Part shown: positions 1 to 12,938 of the stretch, piece after piece
Layout: the number at the start of each line of letters is the position of its first letter
How positions within the stretch are numbered: position 1 is the stretch's first letter
Source of the DNA: a virus
Length of the DNA stretch: 64,000 bases
Reading direction: 5' to 3' (one strand)
Virus record (IMG/VR): IMGVR_UViG_3300025816_000009
Location: 1-64,000 of that record
Translations under genes and position numbers: made by a program
The notes under the pieces: generated by a model
Databases searched by the model: none
Told to the model about the DNA's origin: nothing
Seen by the model: only the letters and a program-made list of their open reading frames with translations

Positions 1-1
1 T

Positions 2-3127
<3,126 letters not shown>

Positions 3128-3131
3128 TATT

Positions 3132-3806
3132 ATGACGAGAAACTTTAGAGATACAGCAACAGCAACAAGAGCATTGAAAGAAACTCAAAAAAATTGGTTG
3201 ATGAGAATACAAAACGCATACGGTGAAAACTATTATGACGCTTTATCTGATTCGGAAAAAGCCGAACTTGATACGTTTAGAACTGCGATGAAAAATCTTT
3301 CTAGCATATCGACTAAAGAGTCATATCACGACGATGGCGTTTTTCCAACTATTCCATCTTGGTTTGACTATGGTGATTTAGCAGAATCCCAAGGAGTTTC
3401 AAGAGCAACAGCCGGCCCGACAGGAGCGACCGGACCTACAGGCAATACAGGCAATACAGGTCCTACAGGGCCAACAGGAAGCGCAGGTCCACCCGGCAAT
3501 ACAGGCGGTACAGGTCCTAGAGGGCTAACAGGAAGCGCAGGTCCACCCGGTCCGAGCGGTAGTGATGGAAGCGACGGAAGTGCAGGTCCGCCCGGTCCTA
3601 CAGGACCAACAGGAAGTGCAGGTCCACCCGGCGCTACAGGTCCAACAGGTCCTAGCGGTGGCGGCGGCGGCAGTGCAATTGATGTTAATTTTGATGGAAG
3701 AGAATCAACTACGATGGTGCAGTGGCTTGTTGATTCAAGAGGCGGAACAATCCAAATCCACTTTGCGAACGGAGCGGTTGGAACAATAACCGGCGTCTTA
3801 TTCTAA
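3132..3806 (+). CDS. Tail-fibre-assembly-like N-terminal domain fused to collagen repeat
   Basis: N-terminal [19 protein letters not shown]...FPTIPSW resembles tail fibre assembly chaperones; followed by Gly-X-Y repeats; directly downstream of the fibre gene. Confidence 0.55.
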   Translation: MTRNFRDTATATRALKETQKNWLMRIQNAYGENYYDALSDSEKAELDTFRTAMKNLSSISTKESYHDDGVFPTIPSWFDYGDLAESQGVSRATAGPTGATGPTGNTGNTGPTGPTGSAGPPGNTGGTGPRGLTGSAGPPGPSGSDGSDGSAGPPGPTGPTGSAGPPGATGPTGPSGGGGGSAIDVNFDGRESTTMVQWLVDSRGGTIQIHFANGAVGTITGVLF

Positions 3807-3842
3807 GAAAACATTCATAGGCGGTGTCTTTGAGGCTCGGTT

Positions 3843-4904
3843 GTGAAAATCGGCCTAGCCATGATAGTAAAAGATGAACAAGACAATATCGTTCGTGCGC
3901 TTGAAACTGTAAAAGACGCATTTGACGTCTTCTGTATCAATTATTCGGGGTCAACAGATTCGACCCTTGAAGTTGGAGAAAAGTGGATGGAAGAAAATGA
4001 GAAAGATGGGATTTGGATTTGCCCGGAATGGAATGGCGCGGCCGACGGACTAAATGCGACAATCGAGTACCTAGCGGAAATGGAAGTAGATTGGGTCTTG
4101 CGTATTGACGCCGATAGCCTGTTCACAGGAACGCTCCCAGACTTCGAAAAACTTGACCAAGATACAGACGGAATTGATACTAAGATTCTTAGAAATGATG
4201 GAACTTTCATCGCATCTCGACCATGGCTTTTCAAAACTCATTGTCGATACAAAGGAGTTCGACACGAAGGGCTTTATTGTAATCAACGAGAAGAACAAAC
4301 AAGTTTCACAATCACTCACGCAGATGACAGCGGAGCGCGTCCGCGTAGCCCGGAAACTTATGCAGATGACTTTCAACAAATGGGGGGAGCGATACCGGGA
4401 GAGTATGATTCGATGATGGTTAAGCGGTATGCGTTTTACATGGCGAACTCGGCGAGAGATGGTGGAGATTTATTCCAAGCCGCGATGTGGTTCAGATTGA
4501 GAATGACGATGGGCGGTTATGCGGGTGAAGTAGAAGTTTCAGCAAGAGAACACGCTCTGATAATGGGACAACCTCACTTTTGGCTTGACGCGATTAACAA
4601 ACATCCGAATAGACCGGACATGATATTTTGGGCATTGGCGACAGCAGAAGGTTGCGGCGGTGTACCTTTCAAAGCACAAGTTCTTGAAATGATGGATGCT
4701 GAAAAGTGGGAGCAAGGTTGTATGTTTATGCAGGCTGATTATGCTTGGAAAACTCGAGACATGATTTCGATTGCATATGGTGAATTGGGTCAGATGGAGA
4801 AATCGCTTGATTGGGGAAGACAAGTTTTGGTTTGGAGAGATGAGATTCACGCAGATGATTTGGCTCGCATATTGAGCCGAATAGGTGAAAGTGAAGGTGA
4901 GTAA
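3843..4904 (+). CDS. GT2-family glycosyltransferase with TPR-like C-terminus
   Basis: IGLAMIVKDE start, GSTDST, VLRIDAD (DxD motif), YKGVRHE, helical C-terminal half. Confidence 0.8.
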   Translation: MKIGLAMIVKDEQDNIVRALETVKDAFDVFCINYSGSTDSTLEVGEKWMEENEKDGIWICPEWNGAADGLNATIEYLAEMEVDWVLRIDADSLFTGTLPDFEKLDQDTDGIDTKILRNDGTFIASRPWLFKTHCRYKGVRHEGLYCNQREEQTSFTITHADDSGARPRSPETYADDFQQMGGAIPGEYDSMMVKRYAFYMANSARDGGDLFQAAMWFRLRMTMGGYAGEVEVSAREHALIMGQPHFWLDAINKHPNRPDMIFWALATAEGCGGVPFKAQVLEMMDAEKWEQGCMFMQADYAWKTRDMISIAYGELGQMEKSLDWGRQVLVWRDEIHADDLARILSRIGESEGE

Positions 4905-4905
4905 A

Positions 4906-5463
4906 ATGGCGGTTAAATATCCTCAATGGTTAGTGTTCGAAAATGTATTATCAGAAGAAGAGTGTGATTTGTTAATTGAACAAGCGCGAGAAGTTGGTCA
5001 AATCAAAGCGTCAACATTTGGCGGGACAGTTGACGACACGAGAAAAACGAACATTCGTTGGTTGAATGACAATTCGGATTTCGGATGGGTTCATCTCCGA
5101 CTTAGAGAATATACACGAATAGCAAATGAGAAGTTCGGAATGCGATTATCACACTTGCCTGCTTTGCAGTTTACAGAATATGAAGAAGTAGGTCATCATT
5201 ATCATTATCATCACGACGTCGAGTTCAACGACCAAAAAGACACGCAGAGAAAGGTCAGTCTTGTCGTTCAATTATCCGACCCGGAAGATTACGAAGGTGG
5301 AGAGTTTGCTTTCAAACATCTTGAACAACCACCAAGCGAGATGATGATGAAGAGAGGAACTTTGTTGGCTTTCATCAGTTATCATGAACACATGGTCAGT
5401 CCGATTGAATCCGGTGAGAGACGTTCTCTTGTTGGATGGTATGAAGGCCCGAGATATATCTAA
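4906..5463 (+). CDS. 2OG-Fe(II) oxygenase (prolyl-hydroxylase/PKHD-like)
   Basis: HxD (YHYHHD), RKVSLVVQLSDPEDYEGGEF, distal H (HEHMVSPI), RRSLVGW. Confidence 0.9.
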   Translation: MAVKYPQWLVFENVLSEEECDLLIEQAREVGQIKASTFGGTVDDTRKTNIRWLNDNSDFGWVHLRLREYTRIANEKFGMRLSHLPALQFTEYEEVGHHYHYHHDVEFNDQKDTQRKVSLVVQLSDPEDYEGGEFAFKHLEQPPSEMMMKRGTLLAFISYHEHMVSPIESGERRSLVGWYEGPRYI

Positions 5464-5729
5464 GGCTTTTTTCTTTCAATCCATTCATTAAATGCGGCCG
5501 GGTTGTCAAGTTTGTAAAGCCCGAGGCCGAAACGCCATCGCTCACTCGCTTTTCGAGTAATGAACCCGGGTGTGTTTGACAATAAACTACCTAATTGATT
5601 AGGTGAGGTGAAGTTATACTTCGCTTTTGACATCTCAAGTCCGACTTCGGCGGCACTTCTCCACTCTCCATCAGACATTATTTTGGCTAGATTCTTCCGG
5701 ATTCTGTAGTTCCGACGAGGACGAGCCAT
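5460..5729 (-). CDS. Small winged-HTH DNA-binding protein
   Basis: Basic N-terminus and the pattern LAKIMSDGEWRSAAEV...SPNQLGSLLS typical of wHTH proteins. Confidence 0.5.
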   Translation of the reverse strand: MARPRRNYRIRKNLAKIMSDGEWRSAAEVGLEMSKAKYNFTSPNQLGSLLSNTPGFITRKASERWRFGLGLYKLDNPAAFNEWIERKKP

Positions 5730-5808
5730 GGTCAACCGTAGGGGAATCACTTTATTGATATTCCGAATTACACAACATTAATAAAGTATTGATAAGTCGG
5801 TTATATTG

Positions 5809-5946
5809 ATGGCGTGGCGAGTAATTGCATGGGAAGACAGGACGGATATTGTCGAAGGAATAATAGAAAATACAGAAACAGGCGAACTTGTAAAGGTAAT
5901 TACCGATAAAGTGGCCGGAACTTCTCTCGAAATTGCCCTAAATTAA
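5809..5946 (+). CDS. Small hypothetical protein (45 aa)
   Basis: ATG after an AT-rich TATA-like tract; MAWRVIAWEDRTDIVEGIIEN...; below the ORF-track cutoff. Confidence 0.45.
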   Translation: MAWRVIAWEDRTDIVEGIIENTETGELVKVITDKVAGTSLEIALN

Positions 5947-5951
5947 GGAAT

Positions 5952-5989
5952 ATTGATGTTCAGGACATTGATATATCAAAACCTTTATA
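5952..5989 (+). promoter_or_regulatory. ATTGA-repeat promoter cassette (rightward arm)
   Basis: attgatgttcaggacattgatatatcaaaacctttata. Confidence 0.7.
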
Positions 5990-6026
5990 GGGGGGAATGC
6001 CTACGACAATACAGGAGAGAGACGAG

Positions 6027-6374
6027 ATGACCGCAACACTACACCGAGCAGAACAAATAGCACAAGAAAATGGATTTAACTTCAATGCACTTGATGTTTT
6101 ATCACACGAATATTACTCAACAGTAATCGTTCGCGACCAAACAACAGTTGAGTCATGTATATGGGCATTATTCACCGAAACAGTTCAACAATTACCACAC
6201 AACGAGAGAGTTCACAACGCACCAAGAGTCAGCGACCACACATGGTCAAACGCTTGCTACTCACACAGAGTTAGCGGAATGACTTGGGAAGATTCAGTCT
6301 CTCAATCATTGAGAACAAACGGCTACTTTTACACTAACAACCCAATCGGTACACCATGGGGGATGAGAGTTTGA
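6027..6374 (+). CDS. Hypothetical protein (cassette-driven)
   Basis: ORF 5997..6374; the ATG at 6027 is the first one downstream of the predicted TSS. Confidence 0.6.
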   Translation: MTATLHRAEQIAQENGFNFNALDVLSHEYYSTVIVRDQTTVESCIWALFTETVQQLPHNERVHNAPRVSDHTWSNACYSHRVSGMTWEDSVSQSLRTNGYFYTNNPIGTPWGMRV

Positions 6375-6595
6375 GTTTCAACCCGGAATGCGAAATGCCG
6401 GCTTGTCTTTGTGAGGACTGCGGTGGTATGTTTCAAACATCAACAGACGACTTGACGCCTACTTACATCCACGCTCCAATCCGTTCAGAAGCACGAATCA
6501 TGAACTTGTGCGTTCACTGTTTAGAATTAAGAAGTGCTAACAGAGTATTAAACAGATTATTAGAATCCCGTTGCACCGATTTCAGAAGGGAGTGA
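6371..6595 (+). CDS. Small Zn-finger-like protein
   Basis: CEDC...CVHC pairs; probable TTG start overlapping the previous stop. Confidence 0.45.
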   Translation: MSFNPECEMPACLCEDCGGMFQTSTDDLTPTYIHAPIRSEARIMNLCVHCLELRSANRVLNRLLESRCTDFRRE

Positions 6596-6871
6596 GATAA
6601 CATGACTGACGATTATATCGTGCAGGGCGTGAAGTGCTGTCTCTGTTCAGACGTGATAAACGGCTACGGTAATATAGCCGCTCCTGTCAAGAACGGAATC
6701 TGTTGTGATAACTGTAATTTCACAATTGTCATTCCGGCTAGAATAAGGCAGGCTTACCAATGACCTTTCTCGAACTTGAGCAAATTGCTTCGCTTATTCA
6801 TTTCGTTCACGCTTTGAAACTTGAGCAATTAGAAGACTGTCCGGAATGGGTGTTGACTGCGGAGCGCGTCC

Positions 6872-7096
6872 TTGAGGGAGATTCAAAAGCCGAGTACGGT
6901 GTGTTATATCATGGCGAGAAGAGTTGCTGATGATTTCAGATTAGCAGATAATCAGATTGCTACTTGTCGCCGATGCAAAGTGCGCTTGAATGGATTCAAT
7001 ACGAAGGGACATATTTGGTCAGCATCAAACCGATTTTGCGGAAAATGCTATTTGAAAAACCAACGAGAAAAACGCTTGCGAGAGGGACGAAAGTAA
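6872..7096 (+). CDS. Small Zn-finger-like protein
   Basis: CRRC...CGKC; true start possibly at MARRV. Confidence 0.5.
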   Translation: MREIQKPSTVCYIMARRVADDFRLADNQIATCRRCKVRLNGFNTKGHIWSASNRFCGKCYLKNQREKRLREGRK

Positions 7097-7158
7097 TCAA
7101 CTATTGAGACGAATAGGTGGGGTGATTCATTTATGTATGTGGGGTTCGAGGCAAAACC

Positions 7159-7347
7159 ATGGATAAATGTCCGCTATGTGAAAAAGAGTACAGTGTGAAA
7201 ATGACACCGAAAATGACAGAATGGTATCATCGCCAATCATGCGAAGCGCTGACTGATGAGATGCGAAAAGAACTTGACGAACGAGATAGAGTTAATTTGG
7301 AGAAGTGGTTGAATGAATCGAAGAAAAAGCCGACGAATGCAACGTAG
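7159..7347 (+). CDS. Small Zn-finger-like protein
   Basis: CPLC...HxxxC; preceded by a TATA+GTGGG promoter. Confidence 0.5.
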   Translation: MDKCPLCEKEYSVKMTPKMTEWYHRQSCEALTDEMRKELDERDRVNLEKWLNESKKKPTNAT

Positions 7348-7735
7348 GCAATTACGCCGAATCAAATCTCTGAAAAAAGAAGATGAATGTCCGGGATGTG
7401 GATTGAAAGCGCCTTGGCTCGGTGTGTTCATTCATGCAATTATGCCGGAAGAAGTTCGAGGACATTGTGAGTATGCTGACTCGTTGAAGCCAATGAACAA
7501 GATGGCTCGCTTCATGACTCTCGCTCAAATGGGCATTCCACTAGATGAACGGATTTTGAAAGACGTCGAGAAAGAGATGTTCGAGAACCCGGATGAAGAG
7601 AGTATCGAGTTCGTACATATAATTCACCAAATGTTCAACGAAGCCGGTCTTCTCGACAACACTGATAAACCAACATCAACCCCATCAGATTCCCCCTCGG
7701 AGTTTGATGAAAATGCTTGGAAACAATTTGACTAA
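7313..7735 (+). CDS. Hypothetical protein
   Basis: 140-aa ORF in an overlapping run of small genes; contains CPGC. Confidence 0.55.
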   Translation: MNRRKSRRMQRRQLRRIKSLKKEDECPGCGLKAPWLGVFIHAIMPEEVRGHCEYADSLKPMNKMARFMTLAQMGIPLDERILKDVEKEMFENPDEESIEFVHIIHQMFNEAGLLDNTDKPTSTPSDSPSEFDENAWKQFD

Positions 7736-7925
7736 TGAACAACAAATAATGATACAATTGACAACTAAAGAACTCAATGCGGAGCGCTTGGCGTTCAGCG
7801 TAGTTGAGTGTCCTTGGTGTTATCATCCGGTCGCTACGAAGCGCGAACTTGAGTCTCATATCAGAACAGATTGCACCGAGATAGAAATGAAACATCGTCT
7901 CGCAATTATTCGAAAGGAAGTCTAG
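7704..7925 (+). CDS. C2H2-like Zn-finger protein
   Basis: CPWC...LESHIRTDC. Confidence 0.5.
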   Translation: MMKMLGNNLTNEQQIMIQLTTKELNAERLAFSVVECPWCYHPVATKRELESHIRTDCTEIEMKHRLAIIRKEV

Positions 7926-7962
7926 GTGCAACAGTTATAATCGTGGGCGACGACGGAACTTT

Positions 7963-8352
7963 ATGGGAAGCCGACATAAGTCAAAGAGCAGATATTCAGA
8001 TACAGCCTGTTCGATGGCGTGTAGAGTTTTTGTCGCTAATGAGAATGAGCCTTTGACATTGAGACAGTTGTTAGATGAGATGGGGCAGAGATGGAAGAGA
8101 ATACCGACACGGAATGAAATGGCTAACATCGTATCGAAGTCCGGCTACTTTGAAAAGTGTGCATTAATCAAACAAGAATACGCTTCAACTCATCGTGGTG
8201 AAGTTCGACTTTGGTCTATGAAAACAGAAGAAGCATACGTCAGAGGATGGCTAAATGTGCCGTTCGAGAACCGTCCAATCGACGACCCGATGACAAAAGA
8301 TTCGACCACTAGATACAACCATGCGGGAGCATTGGTGCAACCGAAAAAGTGA
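7963..8352 (+). CDS. Winged-HTH-like protein
   Basis: EPLTLRQLLDEM...PTRNEMANIVSKSGYFEK...VRLWSM. Confidence 0.5.
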   Translation: MGSRHKSKSRYSDTACSMACRVFVANENEPLTLRQLLDEMGQRWKRIPTRNEMANIVSKSGYFEKCALIKQEYASTHRGEVRLWSMKTEEAYVRGWLNVPFENRPIDDPMTKDSTTRYNHAGALVQPKK

Positions 8353-8379
8353 ATTACTACATCTGATACCGAGCATAAC

Positions 8380-8952
8380 ATGACCGACGACGTATCAACA
8401 AATGAAGACGACAATGAAAATGATTCTGACGAGTTCGCACTTGTACCCATTTCAGAAGACGAGCAGATAATCCGTTGGGTTGCTTTGGCTCTCATAGATG
8501 GAAGAAAAGAAACTGCGATTAGAAATGAAGTCAATTCTATGCGGATTTCGTCTCAACCCTCTCGACAAGAGTGGACTTCTCTTATTCGATGTGCGAGAGA
8601 AGAAGCAGAGGGGATGAGGAACTTCATCATGGCTAAAGCAGAAATGGGAAGTGTTGACTATCTCCGACTTGACTCATACACTCGACGTAAGAGAATGATG
8701 GCGAGGATGGAAGGTTTGATTGAGTCAGCAGTAAGTCAAGCAGATTCAGTGAGCAAGATGAACTCGGCAAGTTTCATGTTGGGTGGATTGCTCAAGGCTC
8801 AAGAGTCAATGGATAAGTTCACCGGCGCACAGGAAGCCGCGCCTCAAGTTCAAATCAACATCGGCTACGACCCACTCGACCAATTCAGAAATGTAATCCA
8901 AAAAGAATCTGAAAAGAATATCATTGATGTGGTCGAACTTGAGGAAGAGTAA
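8380..8952 (+). CDS. Possible terminase small subunit
   Basis: Helical 190-aa protein with an N-terminal HTH-like part and a C-terminal beta tail (PQVQINIG), upstream of the terL region. Architecture-level evidence only. Confidence 0.35.
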   Translation: MTDDVSTNEDDNENDSDEFALVPISEDEQIIRWVALALIDGRKETAIRNEVNSMRISSQPSRQEWTSLIRCAREEAEGMRNFIMAKAEMGSVDYLRLDSYTRRKRMMARMEGLIESAVSQADSVSKMNSASFMLGGLLKAQESMDKFTGAQEAAPQVQINIGYDPLDQFRNVIQKESEKNIIDVVELEEE

Positions 8953-9692
8953 GACCCACCCTATCGAGTTCAATTGATTGTCAAAACTATCACCGTCATT
9001 GATGACATCTTTTCCGGGGGCCAACGGACGCATATTGATTTCAATAGGCAAATCAAGTTCGCTAGGATTTTGTTTTGTTTAAGTAGTCTTGAGTATATAC
9101 AGGATTTCGATGAGCGGACGCCGGAAATAATTGTCAAGTCAACCCTTTATATAGTAAGTCAAGTGTACCTAGCAAAACAATTCCCCGGACTTTTTTTCCT
9201 AAACCCCCCCTAATCCGGCAACATTTGAGAAAAAGTCCCCATCATTAATTCGGGTCTTGAACCGTAAAGTTCGAAACCCAAAATAATTAATTAGACTCTC
9301 AATGTTTCTCAATCACAATGTTTATATATACCATCGCGACACGCTTGAACCTTCGATTCTGAATCAGATTAGCAGACTATACACCCCACCCCAAGTTTTT
9401 TCAGTACCATATCTGATTCCCAATTCTTTTGATACTGCTCTCATAAAATATGTATAATATATCAATATCTTTTCTAATATAAATTAATTAAACGAACTAG
9501 AGGGGGGTATGGGACACACACAGTATAGAATGGATGAACTATGTGTATGGTAAGACCCCCCGGTGTTCGAATCATTTCTCAAAATTGACGTCAATAGGTT
9601 CGATTTTATTTTTTGAAAAAACTTGTGGAAAACACTATGTTTTTTGAAAAGAGTGTGAAATCAAAACATTCATAAGATAATTCTCATACGCT

Positions 9693-10148
9693 ATGTATGT
9701 GAATACGCCGGACTATGTTCCTTTGAAAGCACCCGAGATAATCTCATTGACTCCCTCAACGACCGGGGAGAGAATGAACAAAGTTTCATCCATCGTGATT
9801 CAAAACTTCATCAAGGGGCGAAAGATGAGATTGTCATACAAAGACATGAGAGTTGAAATCAAAGAACTAGAATCTCTGTACAAAGACAAGGAAGTAGTTC
9901 CCGAACCAAACCGAGATGAGGATTGGACTAATTGGATGTTGGAGTGTAGGAAGAACCTAGGCAAGAAACAATTGGCCGCGCAAGAAGTCAGAGCAGACAT
10001 TGACATAATCGAAGCAACGATTGACAGGATTCATCGAGAGATAATAGAGATTTCACAATACCATCAGAACTCTTGGAACTACACACAGGTCGTTATGGAT
10101 ATGATAGAGCAAGGTAGAAAGAACCCATTACACGAAAGATGGACTTAA
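9693..10148 (+). CDS. Hypothetical coiled-coil protein
   Basis: 151-aa ORF. Confidence 0.55.
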   Translation: MYVNTPDYVPLKAPEIISLTPSTTGERMNKVSSIVIQNFIKGRKMRLSYKDMRVEIKELESLYKDKEVVPEPNRDEDWTNWMLECRKNLGKKQLAAQEVRADIDIIEATIDRIHREIIEISQYHQNSWNYTQVVMDMIEQGRKNPLHERWT

Positions 10149-10187
10149 CCGATTTACTGATTAACCCCGACAGACGCCCCGTATGAC

Positions 10188-10496
10188 ATGGCTAAGATAG
10201 CATCCCTCGCCGCGGCTAATAATTTCCTAACTGTTTTCGGTGGAACGCGATTACTTTCAATCAACGGTCATACCTCAAATGGTGCGGCCACAGTTGCTCT
10301 GTATAACGGCACAGTTGCAGGCGATGTAGTATCAGCAAATCTAGTTCACACTTTCTTGCTAGGAACTGCGGGATATGTCAATCTCGATTTTGTCGAAGGA
10401 ATTGACTTTGGTGCGGGCTTGATAATTGTACTGACTGCGAATGCGGCAACATTGAATCTTCTCGCAGAATACACGGCGGCTTCACCGGAAGCATAG
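10188..10496 (+). CDS. Small beta-rich putative virion protein
   Basis: Ala/Gly/Thr-rich (VALYNGT...GIDFGAGLIIV); late-type ATTAACC motif 28 nt upstream. Confidence 0.5.
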   Translation: MAKIASLAAANNFLTVFGGTRLLSINGHTSNGAATVALYNGTVAGDVVSANLVHTFLLGTAGYVNLDFVEGIDFGAGLIIVLTANAATLNLLAEYTAASPEA

Positions 10497-10502
10497 AAAT
10501 AG

Positions 10503-10778
10503 GTGGGGGAAGTATTGATTCCTATGTGGAGCATTACTGTAGTAGAACACGAAACGGGATGGACGGTCGCTACAGATGAGTTGGCCGAGAAACCTTGGAC
10601 TATGGATATTATTTCCACTCCACAGCATATTATCTCGATGTTCGAACATCTTGGGTTTCATGTTGAGACTCATCCTATAGAAATCAAAAATCTGTCAAAA
10701 GCAGATTCTCCGGCAGGTTGGTTAATAGATTACGATAGTGATACACCCAATGCAGTCAGATTAACTCTTGAGAGATAA
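10503..10778 (+). CDS. Hypothetical protein
   Basis: ORF; start may be 10524. Confidence 0.5.
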   Translation: MGEVLIPMWSITVVEHETGWTVATDELAEKPWTMDIISTPQHIISMFEHLGFHVETHPIEIKNLSKADSPAGWLIDYDSDTPNAVRLTLER

Positions 10779-10806
10779 GAAATATTGATAGCCAATACCT
10801 TAATAA
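10767..10806 (+). promoter_or_regulatory. Degenerate ATTGA-repeat promoter cassette
   Basis: cttgagagataagaaatattgatagccaataccttaataaa, about 29 nt before ATG 10829. Confidence 0.5.
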
Positions 10807-10828
10807 AGGTGGTTATTGAGGAAAAAAT

Positions 10829-11422
10829 ATGACGAGAGTCCTAACTACTAGGTTCGGGGATAGATTAACCGACACCGATGAAATACAAGATGTAATTATT
10901 GAAGGAAGAACGAAAGGTGTTCGCAGAGGTGAGATTCAAGACCGACTAGGAATTGAGTTTACTTATACACAATGGATGACTCTTCGCGATTTCCTAAAAA
11001 GTCTAGGCTATCAAACTTCGACAAGAAAGAGTCGAGGCAAAGCATGGGTTCACCCACATTGGTTCAACAAGGAAATACCTCTCGAGAGAATGTACAACAA
11101 TGCCCCGGTTTCTAGTTTCAAGAACTTAATCCCGAAAGATTACTTCGACAAAGCAACAAAAGAAGGCGCTTCCATTCCAAAGAAAGTTTCCGCACCATCT
11201 TCGTTCTTCAAATCCAATGTTGACAATACAAAATACATTTCTCCGAAGGAACGCGACGCTCTAAACCAAGGTCGGCTTGAGAAAATCAAAAAGACTCGCG
11301 ATTATCTATACCCATCCTACCCTTCGGGTACTGCTCCGCAACCAAAGAGCGATTCAAAGAACATACCAACAATTCATATAAAAGTACCAATAGGAACAAG
11401 AGTGGTGGTAGAATATGAGTAA
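10829..11422 (+). CDS. Hypothetical basic protein (possible HTH N-terminus)
   Basis: 197-aa leaderless ORF. Confidence 0.6.
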   Translation: MTRVLTTRFGDRLTDTDEIQDVIIEGRTKGVRRGEIQDRLGIEFTYTQWMTLRDFLKSLGYQTSTRKSRGKAWVHPHWFNKEIPLERMYNNAPVSSFKNLIPKDYFDKATKEGASIPKKVSAPSSFFKSNVDNTKYISPKERDALNQGRLEKIKKTRDYLYPSYPSGTAPQPKSDSKNIPTIHIKVPIGTRVVVEYE

Positions 11423-11609
11423 GGGACATTACACAATTGTATTCAGATACGATGTTGACGGCGAAGGTTGCGACCCACCTGCTCACATTATCGAAAGATT
11501 AGGTCATGCGGTTCAACACCTTCATGAGAGAGGCTTCGGGCTTGACATAACCTACGGGAAAACCGATTCTAAAGATTATCAGAAGTTTATTGAGGGATTC
11601 AAACAATGA
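11415..11609 (+). CDS. Hypothetical protein
   Basis: Overlapping start/stop with neighbours. Confidence 0.55.
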   Translation: MSKGHYTIVFRYDVDGEGCDPPAHIIERLGHAVQHLHERGFGLDITYGKTDSKDYQKFIEGFKQ

Positions 11610-11845
11610 GTGATGAACACGACGACCAAGAGTTTGAGGCAACGACATATTCGACAGAGAGTAATCTCGAAGTTGCGAATCATTGGCTAAGAATTGGTAA
11701 ACCGTTCCGGATTGCGATGGGAACGCCGAAGGCGTGGAGATATATTGAAGGTCTTTTGACAATGAACCCCGGTATGGAACTCACAATTAAAAGGGTGGGC
11801 AATTACTTCGAATTGGTGAACAGGGATGCGACCGTTGAGGACTGA
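11606..11845 (+). CDS. Hypothetical protein
   Basis: ATGA overlap with the previous gene. Confidence 0.55.
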   Translation: MSDEHDDQEFEATTYSTESNLEVANHWLRIGKPFRIAMGTPKAWRYIEGLLTMNPGMELTIKRVGNYFELVNRDATVED

Positions 11846-12404
11846 ACACCTTTTGGCTGTCAGAGAAATATACCGTCGATTGAAAAGAAGCGAACCAAAT
11901 CGGTTCGGTGGACTTCCGATAGGAACGTCATGGCTTCGCATGGAATATCTTAGAGATGATGCGATACGCACTTTAGCGACAGCAAGTATTGGAGATATTC
12001 CAACTTTGAAAATCCATCCTCGTGCTTTCGAATGGAATCAACCAATTTTACTCAAGGGTTTGGTTCGCCACGAACTAATTCACTTCGTACTCGGACCGGG
12101 AGCAGGCCATGGCGTCCTATTCCGCTCAATAGAGGAAGAGTGGGAACACTTCGAGGATTACAAGCATCAACGAGCCAAGTTCGTCCGCACTTTGGAAGTC
12201 GCCGCGAGAGAAGATGGAAAACTTCACCGATATGAATGTCCGAACTGTCATCGAGCCATTCTAAAGAACCGACCACTGAAACCCGAATCGGCCTGCGAAT
12301 TATGCTGTCAAAACATTAATAACGGAGTTTGGTCAGAAGCCTATGTATTAATAAAGGTGGACTATGACGGAAGGATAAGAGACGTAGGCGAAGACTATGA
12401 CTGA
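11826..12404 (+). CDS. SprT-like zinc metalloprotease with C-terminal Zn ribbon
   Basis: HELIH (HExxH) ...GHGVLF, then YECPNC...CELC. Confidence 0.8.
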   Translation: MRPLRTEHLLAVREIYRRLKRSEPNRFGGLPIGTSWLRMEYLRDDAIRTLATASIGDIPTLKIHPRAFEWNQPILLKGLVRHELIHFVLGPGAGHGVLFRSIEEEWEHFEDYKHQRAKFVRTLEVAAREDGKLHRYECPNCHRAILKNRPLKPESACELCCQNINNGVWSEAYVLIKVDYDGRIRDVGEDYD

Positions 12405-12876
12405 AAAATTAAACAAGAACCAAATAAAGAAATTGACGAGAAATAAAGTGAAGGATGCCTTCACTTCGAAGGGCTGTACCATCTTCAAGAAGACGGCCGG
12501 CTCTGTCTCATACGAGACGATAGGATTGAGCGGTAGCGACCAAAGAATCGGTGCGCTTTACGGTTCTCGCGGTGGCGCTTGTGCGCTATGGGTGAAAGAC
12601 GATGCTTGGAATGTTATCAAAGAAAGTGGGATTGTTTCACCGCAGACTCATACAGTACAAGATGTCAGTATGTTTGCTCGTGGATTCCAATGGGCTATTC
12701 ATTTCAAAGACCATAACGATTCAGCAATCGAGACTGTTATTCTCGCTTGCGTATCAACAGGACAGATTCGTTGGGATGCTACTCAAGAAAGGAGAGCAGT
12801 CGAACAGAGAAGGGCTTCTGAAAGAGTAGTGCGCGAAGCGGCTATGTCCGAGAAGCGTTCTGACCCATGGGCTTAA
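12397..12876 (+). CDS. Hypothetical protein
   Basis: 159-aa ORF. Confidence 0.6.
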   Translation: MTEKLNKNQIKKLTRNKVKDAFTSKGCTIFKKTAGSVSYETIGLSGSDQRIGALYGSRGGACALWVKDDAWNVIKESGIVSPQTHTVQDVSMFARGFQWAIHFKDHNDSAIETVILACVSTGQIRWDATQERRAVEQRRASERVVREAAMSEKRSDPWA

Positions 12877-12879
12877 GTT

Positions 12880-12915
12880 CTCAATGAACGTAATCTCTCA
12901 ATGAAAAGGTTTATA
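12880..12915 (+). promoter_or_regulatory. ATTGA-repeat promoter cassette (inverted), drives leaderless 12939 gene
   Basis: ctcaatgaacgtaatctctcaatgaaaaggtttata; ATG 29 nt after the TATA start. Confidence 0.7.
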
Positions 12916-12938
12916 ACCAAATAGCCTTACCACTAAAC

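Noticed and set aside
8974-9213. 79-aa ORF after the TerS-like gene
   Set aside because: Non-ATG start, no promoter signature, and it lies within a low-complexity AT-rich region.
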